A stretch of DNA of 64,000 bases, from NCBI GenBank assembly GCA_040901985.1, contig JBBDYC010000004.1, positions 73,823-137,822 on the forward strand, read 5' to 3'. The DNA is from Gemmatimonadaceae bacterium (GTDB taxonomy: Bacteria > Gemmatimonadota > Gemmatimonadetes > Gemmatimonadales > Gemmatimonadaceae). Below are positions 1-8,325 of the stretch, piece by piece (positions within the stretch are counted from its first letter, which is position 1; every line of letters begins with the position of its first letter). Under the pieces are notes generated by a model. It had not been told where the DNA came from and made no database searches. It was given only the letters and a program-made list of their open reading frames with translations. The translations under genes and the position numbers were made by a program.

Positions 1-984
1 GCCCGCGAGGCCACCGCCGAGGCGGCGGCAAACCTTCGGGCGACGGCGCGGCAGGGCCGCCGCGACCGCGGCGACGAGATCCCGCCGGGATGCGAAGGGG
101 CGGTGGACGACGAGCGGGTCGAGGCGCTGAACGCGCTCCTCCAAATGAACGCCGAGCAGGCGCTGCCGATCCTCAAGCGCGTGCTCGAGCGGCGCGACCG
201 CTGCTCGGAGATCCTGCGCCGGAAGGCGGTGTTCCTCGTCTCGCAGAAGCGGTCCGACGAGGCGGCGGACATCCTGCTGAACGTCGCCAAGACCGACCCC
301 GACAGCTACACGCGCGAGCAGGCGGTCTTCTGGCTCTCGCAGACGCACGGCGAGCGCGCGGTCGAGGTGCTCGAGCAGATCCTCGTGCGGGAGTCGCCCG
401 ACGCGGAGTTGCAGAAGCGGGCGGTCTTTTCGCTCTCGCAGGTGCGGTCGGAGCGCGCCGGCGCGATCCTGCGCGACTTCATCAAGCGCACCGACGTGCC
501 CGCGGAGGCGCGGGGCGAAGCGATCTTCTGGCTCGGCCAGCGGCGATCGGCGGAGAACGCGAGCTTCCTTCGCGAGGTCTTCCCGACGCTCGAGACCGAC
601 GAGCTGCGAGAGAAGGTGATCTTCTCGCTCTCCCAGCAGCGTTCGCCTGAGAATTCGCGTTGGCTCCTCCAGCAGGCGAAGAACACGCGGCTGAGCGGCG
701 AGCTGCGGAAGTCGGCGCTCTTTTGGGCCGGGCAGGGCGGGGCGGCCGTCGCCGATCTCGCCGAGATCTACGACACCAGCCCGAACGACCGCGAACTCCG
801 CAACCAGGTGATCTTCACGCTCTCGCAGCGGCGGAACGACACCGCGGCGATGGACAAGCTGCTCGACATCGCACGGAAGGAGCCGGACCGCGAGCTGCGG
901 CGCCAGGCGATTTTCTGGATCGGGCAGAGCCGGGATCCCCGGGCGGCGCGGCTGTTGGAGGAGATCATCAACAATCCACGTTGA
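1..984 (+). CDS. HEAT-like repeat protein (5' truncated by window)
   Basis: Frame open from base 1; seven ~35-aa repeats with core Rxx[AV][IVL]F[WST][LAI][SG]Q (REQAVFWLSQ, QKRAVFSLSQ, RGEAIFWLGQ...). Confidence 0.85.
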   Translation, partial: AREATAEAAANLRATARQGRRDRGDEIPPGCEGAVDDERVEALNALLQMNAEQALPILKRVLERRDRCSEILRRKAVFLVSQKRSDEAADILLNVAKTDPDSYTREQAVFWLSQTHGERAVEVLEQILVRESPDAELQKRAVFSLSQVRSERAGAILRDFIKRTDVPAEARGEAIFWLGQRRSAENASFLREVFPTLETDELREKVIFSLSQQRSPENSRWLLQQAKNTRLSGELRKSALFWAGQGGAAVADLAEIYDTSPNDRELRNQVIFTLSQRRNDTAAMDKLLDIARKEPDRELRRQAIFWIGQSRDPRAARLLEEIINNPR

Positions 985-989
985 GCTGC

Positions 990-1070
990 AGGTGGGAGGT
1001 GGGAAGTGTGAGGTGCGAGGTAGCGGCGACTGCCGCCTCCCTGCTCGCCCTTCCCCCATCCCCCATTTCA
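990..1070. repeat. 7-bp-periodic purine arm / pyrimidine arm intergenic element
   Basis: AGGTGGG AGGTGGG AAGTGTG AGGTGCG AGGTAGC (990-1024) then CCTTCCC CCATCCC CCATTTC (1049-1069). Confidence 0.55.
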
Positions 1071-1088
1071 TTTTCAACCCACACTACG

Positions 1089-1895
1089 ATGCACATCTCA
1101 GACAATTCGGCGCTCGCGCTTGTCGCTTCGGTTCTGCTCCTCGGCGGATCAGGGGCGCAGGCGCAGACGCTGGCCTCGCGGGTCGCGGCGGTGGGGACGG
1201 GGACGGTACGACTCGAGTACGCGTCGCAGCCTGGCGTGTGCGGGAATGGGCGGGGGAACATCTCGATCCGGCGTGGTGACGGAACGTCCACGTTCACGGG
1301 GACGTACTCGCGGGGTTCCCGAAACGAGTGGGAGGATGAGTGCGAACCCGGGCCGGTGCGAGTGGCGCTCGATGTCGAGCGCGGCACCGTGACGGCGCTC
1401 CGCGCCTACGTTGGCGGTCGTTGGCGTGGGGACGCCGATCTCGAGCTCGGCGCGGTGCCGGCGGCGGAGGCGAGTCGCTTCCTCGTGGAGATCGCGGCCC
1501 GCGGCGCGTCGCGCCCGGCAAAGGACGCGATCTTCCCGGCGATGCTTGCGGACGCGCCGAGCCCCTGGCCCGCGTTGCTCGCCATCGCCAAGGACGACAA
1601 CCGTCCGCGCGACGTCCGCAGTTCGGCGCTCTTCTGGGTCGGCCAGGTGGTCGAGGACGAGGCGACGAAGGGCCTCGAGGAGATCGTGGATGCCGATGGC
1701 GACCGCGAGGTCCGCAAGAGCGCGGTCTTCTCGCTCTCGCAGCGCCACAGGGACGAGTCAATCCCGGCGCTCATCCGCATCGCGCGGACCAACCGCGACC
1801 GGGAGATCCGCAAGTCGGCGATCTTCTGGCTCGCCCAAAGCCGCGACGACCGGGCAATCCGGTACTTCGAAGAGGTGCTGCTGGGAGCGCGGTAG
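1089..1895 (+). CDS. Exported HEAT-like repeat protein
   Basis: ATG 1089; signal peptide (LALVASVLLLGGSGAQA-Q); C-terminal repeats RSSALFWVGQ, RKSAVFSLSQ, RKSAIFWLAQ similar to the upstream gene. Confidence 0.85.
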   Translation: MHISDNSALALVASVLLLGGSGAQAQTLASRVAAVGTGTVRLEYASQPGVCGNGRGNISIRRGDGTSTFTGTYSRGSRNEWEDECEPGPVRVALDVERGTVTALRAYVGGRWRGDADLELGAVPAAEASRFLVEIAARGASRPAKDAIFPAMLADAPSPWPALLAIAKDDNRPRDVRSSALFWVGQVVEDEATKGLEEIVDADGDREVRKSAVFSLSQRHRDESIPALIRIARTNRDREIRKSAIFWLAQSRDDRAIRYFEEVLLGAR

Positions 1896-1921
1896 GGAGG
1901 CGGATGTGCGGGGCTAGGCTA

Positions 1922-1943
1922 GGGCCGCCTGAACAGGCGGCCC
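1922..1943. terminator. GC hairpin between convergent genes (possible bidirectional terminator)
   Basis: GGGCCGCCTG-AA-CAGGCGGCCC perfect inverted repeat; no U tract. Confidence 0.5.
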
Positions 1944-1971
1944 CCTCACACCTTGCAACTTGCACCTGTCG

Positions 1972-2586
1972 TCAGAGCGATAGCTGCCCAGCGTCCGACC
2001 GCGGCCCCACCGCGTGACAGGCCCTGCACCGTGCCTCGTACGTCTCCGCACCGCCGACCATCACCTGCGGCGAATCGTACGCGGCCGGCTTCCCGTCAAT
2101 CAGGCGCTGGTTTCGGCTCGCCGGGGCGCCGCAGAGCACGCAGATCGCGTGCAGCTTGTCCACCACCTCGGCGACGCACATCAGTTGGCCCATCGGGCCG
2201 AAGGGCTCGCCGCGAAAATCGGTGTCGGTGCCGGCGAGGATCACCTGCCGCCCGCGCAGCGCGAGGTCGCTCGCGATCTCGACGATCCCCTGGTCGAGAA
2301 ACTGCACCTCGTCCACCGCGACCACCTGCGCCATCGGGTCAATCCGCAGCGCGATCTGGTGCGAGGAGTCCACCGGCACGGCCTCGATCGTCCGGCCGTC
2401 GTGGCTGCCGATGGCGAACACGCCGCCGGCGTAGCGGTCGTCGAGGTGCGACTTGAACACCTGGACGCGCTTCTTGGCGATGATGGAGCGGCGCACGCGG
2501 CGCATCAGCTCCTCGCTCTTGCCGCTGAACATCACGCCGGCAATGACCTCGATCCAGCCGCCGGTGAGCTGGAACGTCCCGCTCAC
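1972..2586 (-). CDS. tdk: Thymidine kinase
   Basis: P-loop [26 protein letters not shown], zinc ligands CVLC...CRAC. Confidence 0.95.
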   Translation of the reverse strand: MSGTFQLTGGWIEVIAGVMFSGKSEELMRRVRRSIIAKKRVQVFKSHLDDRYAGGVFAIGSHDGRTIEAVPVDSSHQIALRIDPMAQVVAVDEVQFLDQGIVEIASDLALRGRQVILAGTDTDFRGEPFGPMGQLMCVAEVVDKLHAICVLCGAPASRNQRLIDGKPAAYDSPQVMVGGAETYEARCRACHAVGPRSDAGQLSL

Positions 2587-3983
2587 CGGTCACCCCGGGG
2601 CGGGCGGCCGCGCGGCTTCTCATCGCGTGGCGCGAATCCGCTGGGCTTCTCCCCACGCGGCTTGAACTCCCCGCGCGGCTTGAACTCCCCGCGCGGCTTG
2701 AATTCCCCGCGCGGCTTGAACTCCCCGCGCGGCTTGTCTCCACGCGGCTTGTCTCCACGCGGCTTGAACTCCCCGCGCGGCTTGAACGGGCGGGGCGGGT
2801 CGCCGCGTGCCACCTCGTCCTTCTCGCGTTGCGCCTCCTTCATGACCGTGCGCACGCGCTGTTCGGCCGCCGTCACCAACGCGGCCTGCGACTCGCGCGT
2901 CCGCTCGAGGAGCCGAAGCGCGGCGGCAGCAATCTCAAGGCCGTCATACTCGCGGAGCAGCGGTTCGAGCGCCAACACCTCGCGCGACGGGATGCTCTCG
3001 CCGAGTTCGGCGCGCAACTCGGCGCGGCGCCGGGACTCGACGGCACGGGCCCGCGAGATGGATGCGCGGTCGGCCAGCGGCCGCGGTTCGGTAGTCCCGG
3101 CGAGGAGCCGGAGCGCCGGGAGGTCGCGCGGGGCGATGAGCGCGACAATCTGCGCCGGCTCCGCGGCCACCGCGGCCTGCCAGGCGGTCGCGGTGGGCAC
3201 ACCGAGCGCCACGACGAGGGCGCTGTTGGGCGCGACCCTCTCGCAGGAGACACGGGCGAGGGCGTTGTCGTGATACCCAATCCCCCGCAGGAGCGCGGTC
3301 ACCTGGCCGACCGCGCGTTCGTCGGCCACGAGTACGGTCGCCGAGGGCGCGTCGAGCTCGTCGAGGACGAGCGGGAGCGCATCGAGCGGAGCGCCGCTCA
3401 CGGTCAGATAGCGCACCGTGGGGGCAACCGGCGACCCCTCGGCGGGCGCGACGTCCTCGGTCACCCGGCGGACGCGATGGAGGTAGCGCTCGAGGAGCGC
3501 CTCGACGCCCGGCGTCGGCTTGAGTGCGGTGAGAATGCGCGCGGCGTCTTTCGGCACCTCGGCCATCACGGCGGCAATCGCTTCGGAGTCGGCGTCGAGT
3601 TCGTCGGCCGCGGCGAAGACGACCGTCGCCACGCTGTCGAGCTTGAGCAGTGCGGTCCCGAGTCCGGCGGCGATCGTCTCGGCCGTTCCGATCACGGCAT
3701 CGGCGGGGCCGGTGGCGAGGAGCCGCTGGACGCGCGTGGGCGACGTGGCGGCAATCAGTCGCCGGCCGTTGGCGGCCGGGAGCGCGGCCAGCGCACGGCT
3801 CATCGCCAGCGCGGCGCCGGCGTCGGGCACGAGAATCAGCAGCCGGACCGCGGTCGAGTCGGCGGCGCCGCGCTCGAGGGCGGGGGCCGCGTGCAAGGCG
3901 ATGCGTCCCCAATCGGGGGGGAGGAAATACGCCACGTGGGCGGAGCGGACGGACCCAGCCGTCTCGCGCGGTGTTGCGGTCAC
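2583..3983 (-). CDS. Degenerate DEAD-box helicase-like protein with RG-rich repeat tail (start approximate)
   Basis: Remnant motifs LILVP (Ia), VIGT (Ib), [17 protein letters not shown] (II; DEAD replaced by AAAD); no Walker A; GTG 3983; stop overlaps tdk start. Confidence 0.65.
   Translation of the reverse strand: MTATPRETAGSVRSAHVAYFLPPDWGRIALHAAPALERGAADSTAVRLLILVPDAGAALAMSRALAALPAANGRRLIAATSPTRVQRLLATGPADAVIGTAETIAAGLGTALLKLDSVATVVFAAADELDADSEAIAAVMAEVPKDAARILTALKPTPGVEALLERYLHRVRRVTEDVAPAEGSPVAPTVRYLTVSGAPLDALPLVLDELDAPSATVLVADERAVGQVTALLRGIGYHDNALARVSCERVAPNSALVVALGVPTATAWQAAVAAEPAQIVALIAPRDLPALRLLAGTTEPRPLADRASISRARAVESRRRAELRAELGESIPSREVLALEPLLREYDGLEIAAAALRLLERTRESQAALVTAAEQRVRTVMKEAQREKDEVARGDPPRPFKPRGEFKPRGDKPRGDKPRGEFKPRGEFKPRGEFKPRGEFKPRGEKPSGFAPRDEKPRGRPPRGDR
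2659..2787. repeat. Coding tandem repeat (18-bp and 15-bp units) encoding KPRGEF / KPRGD
   Basis: GGCTTGAAYTCCCCGCGC x4, GGCTTGTCTCCACGC x2, GGCTTGAACTCCCCGCGC x1 plus a partial unit. Confidence 0.95.
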
Positions 3984-4041
3984 TGCCGACCCTCGGTTTT
4001 CAATGGCGCGCCGTCGTGCGCGGGGATATCGTTCGTCCCGA

Positions 4042-5247
4042 ATGGAATATAGCGCCCTCCCCTTCCGAGCGTCGGCGAACATCGCGGAACTGCGTGAGTC
4101 GGCAACGATCGCGGTGTCACAGCGGGCCAAGGCGCTGCGGGCCGAGGGGCGAGAGGTCATCGACCTCGGCGCCGGGGAGCCAGACTTCGACACGCCCGAG
4201 CCGATCCGCCGCGCGGCACAGGACGCAATTGACCGCGGCGCCACCCGCTACACGGCGGTCGAGGGAATCGTCGAGCTGCGTCAGGTGATTGCCACGCAGG
4301 CGAGCGCCGCCTACCGCGGCGCCGACGGCGTCGGCGCCGGAGATGTGGTGGTCTCCACCGGGTCGAAGCAGTCGCTGTACAACGCCTGTGTGGTGCTCTT
4401 CGGTCCGGGCGACGAGGTGCTGATCCCGACGCCGAGCTGGACGAGCTACTACGAGATGGTCGGCCTGGCGCGGGCGACGGCGGTCGAGGTGCACGGCGAC
4501 CCGGGACGCGGCTTCAAGGTGGATCCGGAACGCCTCGAGCGGCACGCGACCCCGCGCACGCGAGGGGTGATGCTCAACTCGCCATCCAACCCCACCGGGT
4601 CCGTCTACACGGCCGACGAGTTGCGGGCGATTCTCGACCTTGCGGCGTCGCGTGGCTGGTGGGTGATCAGCGACGAGATCTACCAGCGCATCGCCTACGA
4701 CGGGACGGCGCCGGGCGCGCTCGACCTCGTCACGCGGCGCGACAATCTCGTCGTCGTCAACGGCGTCGCCAAGGCGTGGGCGATGACCGGGTGGCGGATC
4801 GGGTGGACGATCTCGCCGCCTGCCGTCGCCCAGGCGATGACAGCGCTGCAGTCGCACACGACGTCGAACGCCGCCACGGTCTCGCAGCACGCCGCGCTCG
4901 CCGCGCTCACGCTCGGCGCGCCGGTTGACGATGCCGTCCGGGCGATGGTTGCGGAGTTCCGGATGCGTCGCGACGCGGCCCTGCCGGTCCTCCGTGGCTC
5001 GCGGGCGCTGACCGTGCTCCAGCCCGACGGGGCCTTCTATTTTTTTGTGCGCGTGCCGGGCGCTGGCGCCGGCCCCGACGCGGGCGGTGTCTTTGCGGCG
5101 CGGCTGCTGGAGGAGCAGGGAGTGGCGGTCGTCCCCGGCTCGGCGTTCCGGACGCCGGACTGGGTGCGCATCTCCTACGCCGCCGACCGGGCGGCTGTCG
5201 CCGAGGCCTGTCGTCGCATCGCCGCGACGGCGGATGCGATGTCGTGA
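4042..5247 (+). CDS. Class I/II PLP-dependent aminotransferase (aspartate aminotransferase-like)
   Basis: GEPDFDTP, NSPSNPTG, SDEIY, GVAKAWAMTGWRIG PLP lysine motif; ATG 4042. Confidence 0.93.
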   Translation: MEYSALPFRASANIAELRESATIAVSQRAKALRAEGREVIDLGAGEPDFDTPEPIRRAAQDAIDRGATRYTAVEGIVELRQVIATQASAAYRGADGVGAGDVVVSTGSKQSLYNACVVLFGPGDEVLIPTPSWTSYYEMVGLARATAVEVHGDPGRGFKVDPERLERHATPRTRGVMLNSPSNPTGSVYTADELRAILDLAASRGWWVISDEIYQRIAYDGTAPGALDLVTRRDNLVVVNGVAKAWAMTGWRIGWTISPPAVAQAMTALQSHTTSNAATVSQHAALAALTLGAPVDDAVRAMVAEFRMRRDAALPVLRGSRALTVLQPDGAFYFFVRVPGAGAGPDAGGVFAARLLEEQGVAVVPGSAFRTPDWVRISYAADRAAVAEACRRIAATADAMS

Positions 5248-5307
5248 TGCGGGTCCACGCCCCGGCCAGCATTACGCTGGCCTCGTCCTGAGCCGAGGGA
5301 GGGCACC

Positions 5308-5814
5308 GTGTCACTCGAGGTTCGCGTGGAGGAGATGCCGGAGGCGGAACTGCCGGTGGTGGACTACCGCTGGGATGCTGACACCGAGATCCTCTGCGCC
5401 ACGCTGCGCACGGGCGGAGTGAGCGAGGGACTCACCGGCTCGCTCGACATCGAAGGCGGCGACGGCGCGTGGCTCACCCTGGAGCTCACCGACGGGCGGC
5501 TGGGCGCGGTGGAGGTCGCGGTCTGGCCGGAGGTGAAGACGGTTGTTGGTCTCGCCGCGCCCGACGGCGCGACGCCGTCGCGGATCCGCATCCCGACCAG
5601 GAGCTCGCAGCCGGGGTTGGCGGCGGTCGAGGTGGACACACCGATTCGCGCAGTGGCCGACCAGGCCGGTCGGACGATACACTTCCGTATCGGTCCGCGG
5701 CGGGCCACCCGAGCCCTCCGCGTCGCCGGTGACCTCCTCCTGGAGGTGGACACGAAGTCGCACATCGCCGGCCTCTGGCTCCTCAACGTCCCGCCGTCAC
5801 CCGACCGCCAATGA
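5308..5814 (+). CDS. Hypothetical protein, possibly tandem DUF2283-like
   Basis: GC3-biased ORF with RBS-like GAGGGAGG; two internally similar halves ending DGRLGAVEV and SHIAGLWLLNV. Confidence 0.7.
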   Translation: MSLEVRVEEMPEAELPVVDYRWDADTEILCATLRTGGVSEGLTGSLDIEGGDGAWLTLELTDGRLGAVEVAVWPEVKTVVGLAAPDGATPSRIRIPTRSSQPGLAAVEVDTPIRAVADQAGRTIHFRIGPRRATRALRVAGDLLLEVDTKSHIAGLWLLNVPPSPDRQ

Positions 5815-6089
5815 TCACGACCATCGTCCTCATCCAAGCCGAGCCCCGCCTGATCCCCAAGTGCGCGGTGGCGCTCGCCGGCATTGATGGCGTGACGGAT
5901 GTCTACTCGGTGTCCGGGGAGTGGGACCTCATCGCGATCCTCAAGGTGGCCGAGTACGAACAGATCGCCGAGATCGTCACGGAGCGCTTCCCGAAGGTCC
6001 CTGGACTCGTGCGAACGACCACGCTGACGGCCTTCCGGGCCTACTCCAAGAAGGATCTGGAGCAGGCGTGGGATATGGGCGTGGACTGA
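5811..6089 (+). CDS. Stand-alone Lrp/AsnC ligand-binding (RAM) domain protein
   Basis: GVTDVYSVSGEWDLIA and TTTLTAF motifs; 92 aa, no HTH; ATGA overlap with upstream gene. Confidence 0.88.
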   Translation: MITTIVLIQAEPRLIPKCAVALAGIDGVTDVYSVSGEWDLIAILKVAEYEQIAEIVTERFPKVPGLVRTTTLTAFRAYSKKDLEQAWDMGVD

Positions 6090-6131
6090 GCGCGTATCCG
6101 CGTCAGGCCGGCCCCCGGAAGCGGTAGCGCC

Positions 6132-7079
6132 CTAGCGCTGCGCGGCGGGGCGGACGTCGGCGCACCAGTCGAGGCTCACGCGGAATGTCTCGCTCCACCC
6201 GCCCGGCTTCCGCGAGAGGATTGCCAGGCTGGGGATTCCGCCATAGCGCCACGCCTCGATAATCAGCTCGGCCACCCCGTCGCCCGTCAGGTCGGCGTAG
6301 TTCAGGAGTCGTTGGAACTCGACGGTACGCGATTCGCCGCTGAGCGCGTGCTGGTAGGACGTCTGAAGGACGCCGGCCGAGTCGTCGGCCATCACGAGGA
6401 CGACGGCGGTATTCCCCGCGCCAGGGCCAAGGTCGCCGGCGTTGGGGTCGATGTAGCTGGCCAGCAGGGTCCGCCCCGACTCCCCGTACCCGGTTCGCAG
6501 CCACCGCGCGTGGAAGTCCAGCGCCGAGAGGTCCTCCGGCCCGATGCCGGCTGCCGCCGCGACCGCGCCAGCCAGGGTCCGGCCCTGCGTCTCCGGGTTG
6601 CCCGGCAGGGGGCGCGGGTCGGCCTTCTGAACGAGCGCGGCCGACGTGCCGAGGAGTTCAATGCTCTCCTCGAGGACGACCTGCGCCTCCATCCGGCCGA
6701 TGGCGTGCGGCACGAGCTGCCGACAGCCGACCACGGTATAGACGGGCGCGCTGTCGGCGGTCCACATCCCACGGGTGACCTCCACCGTGCCCACCTCGGC
6801 GCCGCCGAGGTACACCGGCAGGCGATTGCCGGGGGCGAAGATGGTTTCGTCGAACTCGCGCCAGCCGGGGCCATCGAGCGCGAGGCGCTCGACCGTTTCC
6901 CCACGGACGACCGCGACCGGGGCAATCCGCGGCGTCTCCCGGGGCCCGAAGACCTGGAAGAGGACGGTGGCTCCGGCGAGCTCGGTGAGGACGCGTTCCG
7001 CCGACGCGTCGGCGGCGGGCTTCCTGTCGCATCCGGCGGTCACGGCGACCAGCACGGCGAGTCCGGCGATTCGGCGCAT
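6132..7079 (-). CDS. Hypothetical lipoprotein
   Basis: MRR + hydrophobic stretch + lipobox TAGC; C-terminal DLTGDGVAEL calcium-loop-like motif. Confidence 0.75.
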   Translation of the reverse strand: MRRIAGLAVLVAVTAGCDRKPAADASAERVLTELAGATVLFQVFGPRETPRIAPVAVVRGETVERLALDGPGWREFDETIFAPGNRLPVYLGGAEVGTVEVTRGMWTADSAPVYTVVGCRQLVPHAIGRMEAQVVLEESIELLGTSAALVQKADPRPLPGNPETQGRTLAGAVAAAAGIGPEDLSALDFHARWLRTGYGESGRTLLASYIDPNAGDLGPGAGNTAVVLVMADDSAGVLQTSYQHALSGESRTVEFQRLLNYADLTGDGVAELIIEAWRYGGIPSLAILSRKPGGWSETFRVSLDWCADVRPAAQR

Positions 7080-7134
7080 CGTCGGAAGCTATGGCTCGTC
7101 GGGAGGAGCGGCAAGCGCGTAGATTCACCCGGGC

Positions 7135-8325
7135 GTGCGCCTCGTCCACCTTTCCGACCTCCACCTCGGGTTCCGCCAGTTCCAGCGGCAGACCCCCTCC
7201 GGGACCAATCAGCGCGAAGCTGACGTCGCGGCGTCGTTCACGCGCGCGGTGGACCGGCTGATCACGCTCGCGCCAGAGCTGGTCGTCGTCGGCGGCGACG
7301 TGTTCCATACGGTGCGCCCGACGAACTGGACGATCCTCCACGCGTTCCAGGAGTTCGCGCGGCTCGTCGAGGCGTTGCCACACACCGCAATCGTCATCGC
7401 CGCCGGCAACCACGATATGCCGCGGTCCACCGAGACGATCTGCCTGCTCCGGCTCTTCGCGGCGCCGCTCGGCATCCACATTGCCGACCGCGAGGCGCGT
7501 CGCTTCCCATTCGCGGACCTCGGGCTCTCGGTTCTCGCGGTCCCCGACCTCCCGCCGGGCACGGTGGACCTGCACCCCGACCCAGAGGCGAAATACAACG
7601 TGCTCGTCCTCCACGGTGAGGTGCAGGGCGCGATCCCCAACACCGACCACGCCGACCGGGCGTCGCTCCAGATCCCGCTCGCCGAGGTGGTGCGACCGGG
7701 GTGGGACTACGTGGCGCTCGGGCACTACCACGTCTACAAGCGCATCGCCGACCACGTCTACTACTCGGGATCGCTCGACTACACGAGCACCAATCCGTGG
7801 GGTGAACTGGCCGAGGAGAAGGCGCAGAAGCTGCCGGGCAAGGGGATGATCGAGCGCGACCTGGCGAGCGGAAAGCAGATCTTCCATCCGCTTCCGGTGG
7901 CGCGCGCATTTGTGGACCTCCCGCCGATTGACGGCCGCGGGATGACGGCGGCCGACCTCGACGAGGCGATCCAGAAGGCGGTCGCCCGGATTGCCGGCGG
8001 GGTGGACGGGAAGGTGGTGCGGCTGGTGGCGCGCGAGGTCCCGCGGCACATCGCCCGTGAGATCGACCATCGGGCGCTTCGGGAGATCCAGCGCCGCGCG
8101 CTGCACTTTCACCTCGACACGCGCCGCCCGGAGGTCGTTCGCCGTCAGGCGAGCGGCGCGCCGGGGCGGCGCCCCTCCCTTGCCGACACGCTGCGCGACG
8201 CGCTGATCGCACGGCCGGTCGTGCCGGGCGTCGGGCGCGACGCGCTCGTCGCGCTGGGGATGCACTACCTCGCCGAGGCCGAGCTGGCGGAGCCGGCGCG
8301 CGACCTTCCCGGGGCCGACGCGTGA
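7135..8325 (+). CDS. sbcD: SbcD/Mre11-family DNA repair nuclease
   Basis: Metallophosphoesterase motifs SDLHLG, GGDVFH, AGNHD, LHG, ALGHYH, YSGS. Confidence 0.9.
   Translation: MRLVHLSDLHLGFRQFQRQTPSGTNQREADVAASFTRAVDRLITLAPELVVVGGDVFHTVRPTNWTILHAFQEFARLVEALPHTAIVIAAGNHDMPRSTETICLLRLFAAPLGIHIADREARRFPFADLGLSVLAVPDLPPGTVDLHPDPEAKYNVLVLHGEVQGAIPNTDHADRASLQIPLAEVVRPGWDYVALGHYHVYKRIADHVYYSGSLDYTSTNPWGELAEEKAQKLPGKGMIERDLASGKQIFHPLPVARAFVDLPPIDGRGMTAADLDEAIQKAVARIAGGVDGKVVRLVAREVPRHIAREIDHRALREIQRRALHFHLDTRRPEVVRRQASGAPGRRPSLADTLRDALIARPVVPGVGRDALVALGMHYLAEAELAEPARDLPGADA

Noticed and set aside
2659..2787. Possible CRISPR array
   Set aside because: Head-to-tail 15/18-bp units with no spacers, in frame within a CDS, no cas genes
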